Shown here: positions 38,085 to 47,465 of the stretch, one piece after another
Layout of the letters: the number at the start of each line of letters is the position of its first letter
How positions within the stretch are numbered: position 1 is the first letter of the stretch
Virus record (IMG/VR): IMGVR_UViG_3300005323_000002
Coordinates: 2,242 to 66,241 of that record
DNA length: 64,000 nt
Strand: one strand, 5' to 3'
From: a virus
Translations under genes and position numbers: made by a program
Notes under the pieces: generated by a model
Told to the model about the DNA's origin: nothing
The model's input: only the letters and a program-made list of their open reading frames with translations
The model's database searches: none

Positions 38085-39748
38085 TGGCCGAAATTACAAT
38101 GGGAAATCAGTATAATTTCCTGCGGCATGTCGTTACGCTGGAGTCTATCGGCCAGGTAGCGGTTACCGTAGGCCGTGGGGTCGTGGTGGGTATCGGGACC
38201 GCCGATAGAGGCCCGGCTATGGTGCCTTATGGCATCGCCGCATCCAGCGCAAGCAAGATCAAGAAGACCTACTACGCCGGCAAGCTGAAAGAAGGTCTGG
38301 AGGCTGCTGCGGACCAGGGATGCTCGATAGTCTATGGTGTCCGGGTCATGGGATCCGGATATGCTACTGCATCGCTAGATGTCGAGGACTCGCTGGATAA
38401 TGTAGTCGGCACTTTCAGTGCGACCGGCCCCGGGGTGTCTGGAAACATCCCAACGATCACCATCGAACGAGGAGATCTGCACTTCACAACAGTAGAGTCC
38501 TTTGCAGGCAACGGCGGCACCTCCCCATATGCGCTGCTCTACAATGACATCTACGAGAGCACTGTCAACTATGTCGAGGTGGCAGGAGTCCGAAAGACTC
38601 TCGTCTACACCGGAGATCCTGACCCGGGAGAGGCCAAGATTGACAAGGACGCTGCAACGCTGTCATTCTCTGCCCTGGAGTGGCCAACATCCGCTCAGAA
38701 GGTCGAGGTGCGATATAAGGCCTGGAGCCGAAAAGTCACCATCACGGACGTCGACGCCGGGACTCAGCCGATGGTCTATAACAACATCAAGAGCCTGACC
38801 ATGCTGGCCGCCAAGATGAAGAATGATGCTCTGGTCACTTTCGAGGCCGAGACAGGAGCCACCCATCTGCCCGCTGTCCTGGCAGCAACCAACATGGCCG
38901 GTGGCCTGGACGGAGACCCCATAGTAGAGGATGACTGGGAAGCTGCGTTCAATGCAGTGGTCGAGGACCTGCCTGCCAGCATCTATCCATCTGCGGTTTT
39001 CGCTACAGACTACGGTATTGCAGAAGGGCAGATTGAGATTGTGGCACTGATGGATGCTTTCCTGACCAAGATGGCAAACAAGCCAGTCGGAAAGATGTCT
39101 CCCTGTCAGGGGTTCATCACGCTGGATCAGACAGCTGAAGCCGAGGACCTGACAGACCTCGTGGCCGGGTACAACAACCTGTTCATGACTCTGATCAGCA
39201 ACGGATTCGATGACACCGAGGCAGATATCGCGGGAGCCAGAGCAGGCCAAGAGGCATCTTTGGCTCTCGGCACGTCTCCTGCAGTGGACGACAACAGCCT
39301 GAAAGGAATCGAGGGGCTGCTCTTCCAGTGGGACGACTCCGAGAGAGAGATTCTGAACGCTGCCGGCCTGGAAGTGATGATCAAAGAGACTGGTGTACAT
39401 CCCTATGTCGGAGTCACGACCAACCTCGAGGATAGCTTCTACCGGACCGTAAACGTTCGAACGATCTGCGCTGTAATCATCATAGTAGACCAGATCGTCA
39501 AGAAGTTCATGAACGAACGCCGGACAGCTACCAACCTGGCCAGGATGCAGGCTTCTATCGACGTGCTGCTGAACAAGTATCTAGCGGCAGGAGTCCTGGA
39601 CACCTACACCCTAAGCGTCACACCAACCGAGAGCGACCACAACGCCGTTGACATCGCCCTGAAGATCCAGCCAGTAGGACACATCGAGCGCGTCCAGACC
39701 TGGATGGGCGTCGGGTACTATGACACCACAGCCATAGCGGAGGCCTAG
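38084..39748 (+). CDS. Contractile tail sheath protein
   Basis: GIGTADRGP, A..PG..GN, GGLDG, C-terminal VNVRTI...IQPVGHIERV. Confidence 0.92.
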   Translation: MAEITMGNQYNFLRHVVTLESIGQVAVTVGRGVVVGIGTADRGPAMVPYGIAASSASKIKKTYYAGKLKEGLEAAADQGCSIVYGVRVMGSGYATASLDVEDSLDNVVGTFSATGPGVSGNIPTITIERGDLHFTTVESFAGNGGTSPYALLYNDIYESTVNYVEVAGVRKTLVYTGDPDPGEAKIDKDAATLSFSALEWPTSAQKVEVRYKAWSRKVTITDVDAGTQPMVYNNIKSLTMLAAKMKNDALVTFEAETGATHLPAVLAATNMAGGLDGDPIVEDDWEAAFNAVVEDLPASIYPSAVFATDYGIAEGQIEIVALMDAFLTKMANKPVGKMSPCQGFITLDQTAEAEDLTDLVAGYNNLFMTLISNGFDDTEADIAGARAGQEASLALGTSPAVDDNSLKGIEGLLFQWDDSEREILNAAGLEVMIKETGVHPYVGVTTNLEDSFYRTVNVRTICAVIIIVDQIVKKFMNERRTATNLARMQASIDVLLNKYLAAGVLDTYTLSVTPTESDHNAVDIALKIQPVGHIERVQTWMGVGYYDTTAIAEA

Positions 39749-39750
39749 AC

Positions 39751-40314
39751 ATGGCAGATAGTTACAACTCGATCGGGCACCACCCGAAATCAGGCTATAT
39801 GACTTCGGAGGGGTGTGCCCTCCACAATCTTTCCGGCCTGGATTTGGTAATAGACATCGCAGGGGTATATTTCCCTCTGCGGTCGTTACAGTATGCCGCG
39901 AACCACAATATATCGGATGAGCATGGCACAGGCAGTCACGATCCTTATGCCCTGACTAACCAAGAGCATACTTACACAGGGTCGTTCAGCTATGCAAGCT
40001 TCTTAGTGAACGGAGATAACGTCCTCACCCAGAAGGATGTGTTGATGTTATCCCAGCTTCTGCAAGACCAGGCCGATGAGGGTGTGTCCAAGTATTTCGA
40101 TATATACATCATCGAAGTGCAGGGAAAGCGGACACCGGGAAGCGGGCAGACATTCGAGGAACTGGTGGAGACAACACTACAGAACGAGAGCATGGTGGGG
40201 TACATCGAAGCATTAGTGGATGCGAAAGTTACGAAAGTGAATAGAGATATTCCTGAAAAGAACACCGTGATCTCATCGAGAGAGTTCAAGTTCTCATATA
40301 AAATTCCGAGATAA
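39751..40314 (+). CDS. Tail tube protein
   Basis: 187-aa beta-rich protein directly after the sheath. Confidence 0.8.
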   Translation: MADSYNSIGHHPKSGYMTSEGCALHNLSGLDLVIDIAGVYFPLRSLQYAANHNISDEHGTGSHDPYALTNQEHTYTGSFSYASFLVNGDNVLTQKDVLMLSQLLQDQADEGVSKYFDIYIIEVQGKRTPGSGQTFEELVETTLQNESMVGYIEALVDAKVTKVNRDIPEKNTVISSREFKFSYKIPR

Positions 40315-40316
40315 AA

Positions 40317-41096
40317 TTAGCCAGATTGCCCAGTGAGACTTTCCTGGGCACCACAAATTTTATTCAATTTGGCGTTCTTCCCAAAATATTTCAACGCTGC
40401 TTCATTATATGCCATTGCAGCATCTTCTTGTGAGGTGTAAGTTCCGCAATGAATTTTCCGTCCACCGACAGTCACAAAAGCACTCCAATTATAGCTATCT
40501 GACCTATATGATACGCCCCGATAAACCGACGTCGCATTCTTGCGCTTCTTGGGCGTCCTTCTGCTATAATCGTTCAATTCAATGCTAGGCACGTGGTATG
40601 TATTTTCAATGGGCGTTGAATTCGTCCGGGCAAATTCACCGAAATATTCAGCGGCGGCAGCATCATAAGCAGCTTGGGCCTCCTCTAGAGTAGAATAATA
40701 TCCTAGGTGTATCTGCTTATCTACATGGATCTGTGCCCTCCAACAACGGCCTTCAAACCAAGTAACACCCTTCGATGAGCACCCTTCTTGAGGGCGCCTG
40801 TTTCTCGCATTCTCCCTGTCGTTAGCAGGCCTGAGGTTTGTCCATCGATTATCCAAACCATCTCCGTTGATATGGTCCACATGCAGACCACACAAATCAA
40901 TGCCACGATATTCAAATATTTCGCGGTGTATCAGCTTTGGTCTCTGAACAAGTGGGTTTCTACTGACGTAGTAATTCCTCCTTGCATAGAACGTATTCTT
41001 TGTTCTGACTGCATGCCAATTCCACTGGCCCAAGTACTCATAATCGTCATCGTCTACCAAGGCAACTTTGCCCTGGGTCAGCTCAATCTCTTTCAT
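40317..41096 (-). CDS. HNH endonuclease with two AP2 domains
   Basis: IELTQGKVALVDDDD, VDHINGDGLDNRWTNLR, AP2 motifs HLGYY..EEAQAAYDAAA and EDAAMAYNEAALKYFG. Confidence 0.92.
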   Translation of the reverse strand: MKEIELTQGKVALVDDDDYEYLGQWNWHAVRTKNTFYARRNYYVSRNPLVQRPKLIHREIFEYRGIDLCGLHVDHINGDGLDNRWTNLRPANDRENARNRRPQEGCSSKGVTWFEGRCWRAQIHVDKQIHLGYYSTLEEAQAAYDAAAAEYFGEFARTNSTPIENTYHVPSIELNDYSRRTPKKRKNATSVYRGVSYRSDSYNWSAFVTVGGRKIHCGTYTSQEDAAMAYNEAALKYFGKNAKLNKICGAQESLTGQSG

Positions 41097-41317
41097 AGTC
41101 TCCCTTCCCCGTGATTATACACCAATTCGGGCTTACCATCTTCCCCGATCCGGCCTTCGCAAATCGCATATCCTACTACACGGGCTTCATATCGCTTCAT
41201 CAATTGGTCAAGTGATGCCCGAACAAATCCTGATATGTTAATCTCTTCATGTTCATCAAGAAACGCTCTTTGATCTTGTCTGATAACGATTCGCACGGGT
41301 ACTAGCTTTTCTGACAT
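41093..41317 (-). CDS. Ribbon-helix-helix regulator
   Basis: VRIVIRQDQRAFLDEHEEINISGFVRASLD; coupled to the HNH-AP2 gene. Confidence 0.65.
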   Translation of the reverse strand: MSEKLVPVRIVIRQDQRAFLDEHEEINISGFVRASLDQLMKRYEARVVGYAICEGRIGEDGKPELVYNHGEGRL

Positions 41318-41360
41318 GATTAGTAATTCGTAGTTATTTGTATATATAGGTGACGGTAAA

Positions 41361-42020
41361 ATGAATACATATCTCACTAGAAAGAAGACCCTTATGGGTT
41401 TGAAATATGAAATAGAAGTACCTCTAGAACAATATGGAGGGGACGTCTTGCGCATTCACGCTGTGCCGGATCTCGAGCTAGCCAAGATCGAGGACAGAAG
41501 CGGGTACAAGCTGGAGGATGCCCTGGCAACACTGTCGTCTCATGGGCTGTCCGAGGCCGAGATTGCAGCACTGAACGCAGAACCGTTGCCGCCTGAACTC
41601 GCCAGGAAAGCATCTGCGATACTATCAGATGGGGATCTAACTGTAATCCAGTCGGGTGATATCTCCGCTGAGCTGGATGCAAAGCTCGCCAAGTCGTTTT
41701 TGCCGGACGAGATTGCCGCCCTCAAGGTAAAACGAGCCACAAAAGAGCTCACCATGAAAGCTTCACAGGCACTCTCGCCAAAGCTCACTCTCTTCTTAGG
41801 AGAACTATGCAAAGCCGGCATAGTCCCTAACCCGGATTGCGCGTGTAAGGGCAAGGGTTGCGACGAGTGCGATGTGGCTGCGATGGTCGATGAGCTGAGA
41901 AGTTACTCAGTGCTAGCCATTGGCATGGCCGTGATTGGTGCGTCTACTGCCTCGTGGAAGGATATCGAAAGTTTTTTCTTAGCTCAGAAGGCGCAATCTG
42001 GAGCCGTATTGCCTGCATAG
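41361..42020 (+). CDS. Tail assembly chaperone
   Basis: Between tube and TMP; IEVPLEQYGGDVLRI; slippery site near the 3' end. Confidence 0.75.
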   Translation: MNTYLTRKKTLMGLKYEIEVPLEQYGGDVLRIHAVPDLELAKIEDRSGYKLEDALATLSSHGLSEAEIAALNAEPLPPELARKASAILSDGDLTVIQSGDISAELDAKLAKSFLPDEIAALKVKRATKELTMKASQALSPKLTLFLGELCKAGIVPNPDCACKGKGCDECDVAAMVDELRSYSVLAIGMAVIGASTASWKDIESFFLAQKAQSGAVLPA

Positions 42021-42310
42021 GACAGGGTTTCGGGGCCATGCAGGACCTGACATCTGCCCAGATCATGTTTCTTGCATTCGCCGGGATGGAGGATGCACAG
42101 ATCACAGCCGGAAACGGCCTTGTGAAGAGAGAAGTTGCGGAGGTGCAAGCAACGTCAACTGCTGATTATTTCCGAGCAAGAAAAGCAACTCGGCCCGGCA
42201 CGCAGGAGTTTGCCGAGCTGCAGGAGAAGCGCAAGCGGCAGGGCGGCCTCAGAAAGCTCCTGGATAGCAAAGTCAAGGCGCTGATCCAGGAAGATATGCG
42301 ATACAGGTAG
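41972..42310 (+). CDS. -1 frameshift extension of the tail assembly chaperone
   Basis: T-TTT-TTC heptamer at 41972-41978; -1 frame open to 42310. Confidence 0.7.
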   Translation, partial: FFLSSEGAIWSRIACIGQGFGAMQDLTSAQIMFLAFAGMEDAQITAGNGLVKREVAEVQATSTADYFRARKATRPGTQEFAELQEKRKRQGGLRKLLDSKVKALIQEDMRYR

Positions 42311-42374
42311 GGGGACCCACATCACTTTCACCCCGCGCTGCTCGATTTGATATAATAGCAGAGGCTACTTCTGG

Positions 42375-43385
42375 ATGGGCGTTTGTATGCCGTATAAAGA
42401 TCCAGAAGCAGCTAGGGCATATCGCGAAGCTCATAAAGAAGAAGCACGGACATATAGCCAGGCATATAGGGCCACACATAAAGAAGAATTATCTTTAAGT
42501 AAAAAGATATATTATGAAGAACATAAGAATGAAATTCGACTGAAACATAGAACTTATTATGAATCGCATAAAGAGGAAATAGCAGTCAAAAATAAAGCGT
42601 ATGCGGAAGCCCACTCAGACGAGATCACGGAGTACAAAAAAAGGTGGTCCGATGCGCACAAAGAAGAATTACGCGCAAGGCGCAAAGAAAATTATTCATG
42701 TAATAAAGAAGTTATACTGGGTCGTCAAAAAGTGTATCGTGTCAAACATATTGACATGTATCGGGATTATGGTAAAGCGTATTACTCCTCCCACAGAGAA
42801 GAATGTAGTGCGCGCAGCCACTGTTATTATAAACTTCACCAGGACGAGATAAAACGGCATGTGGCTGCATATCGAGACTCCCAAAAGACAGTCGAGATTG
42901 TTTGCATTCAATGTGGAAAGCACACACATGTCTTGCCCAGGCAATCAGGCAAATTCTGTTCAAACAAATGTGCTCGAATGCATATGGCGGGACCTAACCA
43001 CCCAGGTTGGAAAAATGGAGTCTCGTATGAGCCTTACTGCCCCAGGTTTAATAATACTCTTAAAGAAAAAATCAGAGATGCGTTTGATCGGAAGTGCTTC
43101 TTAAGTGGCATTCCAGAAAATGGCACGAAGTTGTGTATACATCACTGCGATTATTTAAAATCACAGGGATGTCAAGGACAACGATGGAGTTTGTTGCCAT
43201 TAAATACCAGATGGCATGTCAAAACCAATTTCAATCGATGGTACTGGTTTGGTCTTCTGCGCGACTATTGGGCTTATAAATATCTAACATTCCACGGCAT
43301 GGACATTTTTCCTGGCCCGGATAGGACCGCATGGTTGTGGGAGATATATAATAACGCAAGCGATGATTATGAGGGTATCCGATGA
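42375..43385 (+). CDS. HNH-family protein with 15-aa helical repeats and degenerate Zn ligands
   Basis: Repeats Y...HKEE; C-terminal WKNG.SYEPYC...IHHCDY.K.QGC.GQRWSLLPL shared with the other three paralogs. Confidence 0.8.
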   Translation: MGVCMPYKDPEAARAYREAHKEEARTYSQAYRATHKEELSLSKKIYYEEHKNEIRLKHRTYYESHKEEIAVKNKAYAEAHSDEITEYKKRWSDAHKEELRARRKENYSCNKEVILGRQKVYRVKHIDMYRDYGKAYYSSHREECSARSHCYYKLHQDEIKRHVAAYRDSQKTVEIVCIQCGKHTHVLPRQSGKFCSNKCARMHMAGPNHPGWKNGVSYEPYCPRFNNTLKEKIRDAFDRKCFLSGIPENGTKLCIHHCDYLKSQGCQGQRWSLLPLNTRWHVKTNFNRWYWFGLLRDYWAYKYLTFHGMDIFPGPDRTAWLWEIYNNASDDYEGIR

Positions 43386-45979
43386 CAGAGAGAACAGTTA
43401 CTATTAAATTGGATTTGCAAGATCCCGGCATAGCGGATCAGCTCATGAAAATTCGCAAGCAGAGGGACGCACTAAACAACTCAAAAATAAAAATCGGCAT
43501 AGACTCGGCAGGACTTGATCAAGTCAGGCGAGCCTCTGCCCAAGCGTCCGCCGCATCTGCCACCGCTATTAAGGATTTTGGCCTTCTCGGATCTGCAATT
43601 ACCTCAAAAGCCATCCAGCCCCTACAACAATACCAAAATCTTTTAGGCAGCGTCGCACACGCGGGCAAAGCCGTAGGTCCGGGCATAGTGTCCGCATTGG
43701 CGCGCGTTTCTTCGGAATTTGAGAGACAACGCACGCTGGCACAGTTTTGGGGCACTAGCGGCTATTTGCACCAGGGCCTGGGGGCGTTCAAGTCTGCGAT
43801 AGGCAACTTTGTGGCCACAGGGGGAGCAGGATTTGGGGGCTGGATACAAAATAGTATATCCTCTATTGCAAGCTACAGGACGGCACTTGTCGGCGCTTCT
43901 GCCGTCCTCGTGGGCTTTGCTGCAGCTGCCGCCTTGAGTTCCAAACACGCGCAGAATTACATTAGCTCGACCCTGGACTCTCGCCTGATGGCCCGGAAGC
44001 TGCCCGACAAGGAGGGTGCCGCCAAGTGGATCGAGTCTGCACAAAGCACAGATTGGTCAAAAGGTGCCGAGAGCAGGATGGGTGTCTTCCAGACGGTGCT
44101 CTCCAAAAACAAGGGCATGGGACAGCAGGCAGCACAAAAGGCAACCGAAGATATTGAGCGATACTTCTTCGCAAATCAGGAGATGTTCCAGAAAAAAGGG
44201 ATAGCTTCTGCGGAAGAGTTTGCATCTCGCGTATCTGCGCCTACGCTATCCGGCGAAGATGCTTCTATATTTGAGGATATCTATGGACTGGGCTTTAGTA
44301 ATCTGTCCTCGACGGCCAGGCTGTCCAGGGTGGGCACAGAGGCCCAAGGCATCGACATTGATAAAGAGGTTGCCAAGCGGCCCGATGTGGTTTTATCCGA
44401 CAACCTCGCCAAAGGCACGCGCGCTGTCGGTGACGCGGCATTGCCCGCCTTAAACGCAGTGCTCGGAACGTTTTTAAAGGTTGTTGATGTTGTCAAAAAG
44501 ATCCCAGGTCTCGGCAAAGCAATGGGCTGGGGGGCCGTGCTACTCGGTGCTGCATCAGCCGGGCTCGTGATGGTCTCGATGGTCGGCTCGCTCATTCCCG
44601 GACTGATAACTGTCGCTGGCGTCCTGAGCAAGCTGGGGATCGTCACAAGACTGGCGGCTGCCGGTCAGTGGGCCCTCAATGCGGCCATGTCCGCCAATCC
44701 CTTGGGGATTGCCATAATAGCCATAGCGGGCCTCGTTGCTGCTCTCTATATCCTGGAAAAGAAGTTCGGCCTGGTCACAAAAGCCTGGCAGGCGTTCTCA
44801 GGATCGAGTATAGGGAAAGGCATCATAGGCTATATCGAGCAGGGCAAGAAAGCCCTTGAGGGTATGCTCGGCAGTCTCGGTAAGGCATATGCAAGCGGAG
44901 GGCTCAAAGGAGAGCTCAAGGTAGGCCTGGAGGCTCTGGTTGCCAATTCACCTATGCTGAAGATGATCGGCTTTGTGGTGGAGTTCCTCCGAAAGATATG
45001 GGCCAACAGCGCCACGCTGAACAAGCTATTTTCGGCAGGCACGGTCATCTGGCAGCGAATAGCAGACCTCTTCACATGGCTGCTGGCGTCCATCGAGAGC
45101 GGCGTGCAATGGATCAAGGACGGACTGGGAATCACGAAAGCCGAGAAAGAAGCCCAGGTAAAGGAGATCGCCGAGAAAGAGGGACTATATCAAACCGATA
45201 GCGGGAAATGGGGTAAGATCCAGAAGGGCGAGACGCAAGAACGGCCATCGGATCTGAGCCAACTATTCCAACCCGCTACACCATCAGCACGATTACAGAA
45301 AGCCATCGATGACGCTAATAACGCCCCTAATAGCGTCTTCTCCGAGATTGGAGAGGTCATATCCGGAGCCATGGCAAATGTCAAGCAACTGTTCGATCCT
45401 GTGTTGAATCCTCTATCAGAAGCAGTCGGGAAGCTGGTCGCGTGGCTAGAAAGCATGTTTGGAAAAGGAGATGAGATCCCGGTTGACGTGATTGATCCAA
45501 CTACGGGGATGGGTAAGCAGGGCGACACAACAACGTCACCGGGGGTCCCCGCAGGAACTGATGGGCTCACCACTCCCCGGCAATTCCAGGCCCCAGAAGC
45601 ACCCGCGGGATTTGAAGCGCCTGCAACACCCGCGGGATTCCCACAGATGGCTCGTGGGGGATCTATCATAGGATCCGGGTCGATCATCGGGCACGGCGGG
45701 GAGCAGGTTACTCCGGCTGCTGAGGTTGCCATCGGCGAGAAAACCACTCTGGCAAAGATCAATGAAATGTTCGCCGGGGCATCCGGGGCGGGGGGGCAGT
45801 CTGTGAGCATCAGTGCACCCGTTACCGTTCATGTGACTGTGGATAAGGTGGCGAGTGACATCGACATAGACCGCCTGGCTGCAAGGATCGGAAGCGAGGG
45901 GGCCGATAAGCTGCTGTTCGCGCTCAGAAACAAAATGGATAATGGGAGCACACGCGGGATTGGATATTTGAGGGGATGA
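43382..45979 (+). CDS. Tail tape measure protein
   Basis: 865 aa, Ala/Gly-rich helical; QWALNAAMSANPLG; MARGG...HGGEQV. Confidence 0.92.
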   Translation: MTERTVTIKLDLQDPGIADQLMKIRKQRDALNNSKIKIGIDSAGLDQVRRASAQASAASATAIKDFGLLGSAITSKAIQPLQQYQNLLGSVAHAGKAVGPGIVSALARVSSEFERQRTLAQFWGTSGYLHQGLGAFKSAIGNFVATGGAGFGGWIQNSISSIASYRTALVGASAVLVGFAAAAALSSKHAQNYISSTLDSRLMARKLPDKEGAAKWIESAQSTDWSKGAESRMGVFQTVLSKNKGMGQQAAQKATEDIERYFFANQEMFQKKGIASAEEFASRVSAPTLSGEDASIFEDIYGLGFSNLSSTARLSRVGTEAQGIDIDKEVAKRPDVVLSDNLAKGTRAVGDAALPALNAVLGTFLKVVDVVKKIPGLGKAMGWGAVLLGAASAGLVMVSMVGSLIPGLITVAGVLSKLGIVTRLAAAGQWALNAAMSANPLGIAIIAIAGLVAALYILEKKFGLVTKAWQAFSGSSIGKGIIGYIEQGKKALEGMLGSLGKAYASGGLKGELKVGLEALVANSPMLKMIGFVVEFLRKIWANSATLNKLFSAGTVIWQRIADLFTWLLASIESGVQWIKDGLGITKAEKEAQVKEIAEKEGLYQTDSGKWGKIQKGETQERPSDLSQLFQPATPSARLQKAIDDANNAPNSVFSEIGEVISGAMANVKQLFDPVLNPLSEAVGKLVAWLESMFGKGDEIPVDVIDPTTGMGKQGDTTTSPGVPAGTDGLTTPRQFQAPEAPAGFEAPATPAGFPQMARGGSIIGSGSIIGHGGEQVTPAAEVAIGEKTTLAKINEMFAGASGAGGQSVSISAPVTVHVTVDKVASDIDIDRLAARIGSEGADKLLFALRNKMDNGSTRGIGYLRG

Positions 45980-45987
45980 TAGCCCCC

Positions 45988-46962
45988 TCAAAATGTGATG
46001 TGGAGTGTCTGGAGTACCAGCGCAATGTCTTTGTCATAGTCGAGGCTATTATCTGTTTTTAAAACAACAAACGTCTTATCGTTGGGGTGATATGCGACGA
46101 TATAGTAGCTGGGGGCAATCACGTCAAAACTATCGCTTGGATAGACCACATTTATATTATGATAAACGCTCCACGTCGTAATTAGCGTTCCTTGTTTTCC
46201 GTCGATCGTTATCGGGTCAGGGCCAGCATACTCACGAGTCATAGTCGGAGTGTCGATCAAGCTTCCGACTTCCCACATACCATTGGGGTCTGGATCAGTT
46301 GGTGGATATGAAGACGGCCCTACATAGTGATAAATAGTAAAACGGAAAGCTGGATAGTATGATCCATTTTCTTGCACTTCCAATCGACCTTCGTCGTAGG
46401 TACATGTTCGATAATCTTTTCCGCTTCCAGCGGTTTTATTATGTCCCAGTGCATCATATTCTCCCCAAAACGTGGCATTTGCCAGCCTGGTCGAAAAGCT
46501 GATAATGTATGGTCCGAGAGGAACGGTCACCTGGGTGGCATCATACTTACCGGGGACTGCGCTAAATCCGGGCGTTGTATCATTGATTAGACTGTATGTA
46601 GTAGCAGGACGTACAACAACATCAGAAACTAGGTTGGCTGCAGTCTTCTCATCGGCGTCATCCGTTTCGTCCTGAGCAATCGCATTACCGATCCTATGGA
46701 AGTACTTGAGAAAGGTTTTGTTGTTTTTCGCCGACTCAAGCGCGGGGTCCGGTTCGAAGGCTTCACTATTATTTTCGGTGGTATTGTCTGGGGCCTCGGT
46801 GGATTTGATATACATATCTATAGAATTGATGTACGCAAGCCCATCGGCAATAATAGCTGTCTCATTTGCATCTTCAGCAAAACCCAAAGAACAAGACATT
46901 ATTATTAAGGCTAGCAACAGAATTTGCGTTCTCATGTTCATATCAATCACCACCCCCTGCAT
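45988..46962 (-). CDS. Secreted or surface protein (reverse-strand moron)
   Basis: Signal peptide (MRTQILLLALIIMSCSLGFA); many N-x-T/S sequons. Confidence 0.65.
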   Translation of the reverse strand: MQGVVIDMNMRTQILLLALIIMSCSLGFAEDANETAIIADGLAYINSIDMYIKSTEAPDNTTENNSEAFEPDPALESAKNNKTFLKYFHRIGNAIAQDETDDADEKTAANLVSDVVVRPATTYSLINDTTPGFSAVPGKYDATQVTVPLGPYIISFSTRLANATFWGEYDALGHNKTAGSGKDYRTCTYDEGRLEVQENGSYYPAFRFTIYHYVGPSSYPPTDPDPNGMWEVGSLIDTPTMTREYAGPDPITIDGKQGTLITTWSVYHNINVVYPSDSFDVIAPSYYIVAYHPNDKTFVVLKTDNSLDYDKDIALVLQTLHITF

Positions 46963-46988
46963 ATAAGATCTTTTCCAGGAGTTCTATC

Positions 46989-47465
46989 ATGTCCATTTCC
47001 GAAATAGCCGCTGCACTCATCGGAGGGCAGCTATCTACAGCCACCGTATCGTTATTTGACTCGGCATTCCATGTGAAGTTGCATGGAATCGAGTTAGGCA
47101 CACGCGAGCAAGGCGATCCCGACACTGGCCAGCCAAACCCACTTGAGATCCGATATAGCCAGGAGTTTGAGATTGTCGTCCACAAAACAGTAGGTCAGAA
47201 GCCGCTCACACAATGCACCATCCCGGACGGTCTCTGGAATATCGTCGTAAAATATAACTCACTCAAAGGAACGGATAGCGACATATCCGAAAAACTGAAG
47301 AGCATCCGAGACCTCACAGCCGGGCCAAAGAAGTTCTATTCGGCCCTTTTTCCAGGAGGTCTCTGCACATATATCCAGAAGAAAGAGATCGTGCAGTCCA
47401 AAGGATCGGATGATTGGTATCATTCAGTCGAGATAAATCTCATCGAAGCTAATGGGGGTGATTAG
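46989..47465 (+). CDS. Tail tube initiator-like baseplate protein
   Basis: After TMP; VHKTVGQKPLTQ...EINLIE pattern of P2 gpU-like proteins. Confidence 0.6.
   Translation: MSISEIAAALIGGQLSTATVSLFDSAFHVKLHGIELGTREQGDPDTGQPNPLEIRYSQEFEIVVHKTVGQKPLTQCTIPDGLWNIVVKYNSLKGTDSDISEKLKSIRDLTAGPKKFYSALFPGGLCTYIQKKEIVQSKGSDDWYHSVEINLIEANGGD

Noticed and set aside
45590-45645. Short duplication (CACCCGCGGGATT twice) in the TMP
   Set aside because: An in-frame low-complexity PAGF repeat with no further structure.
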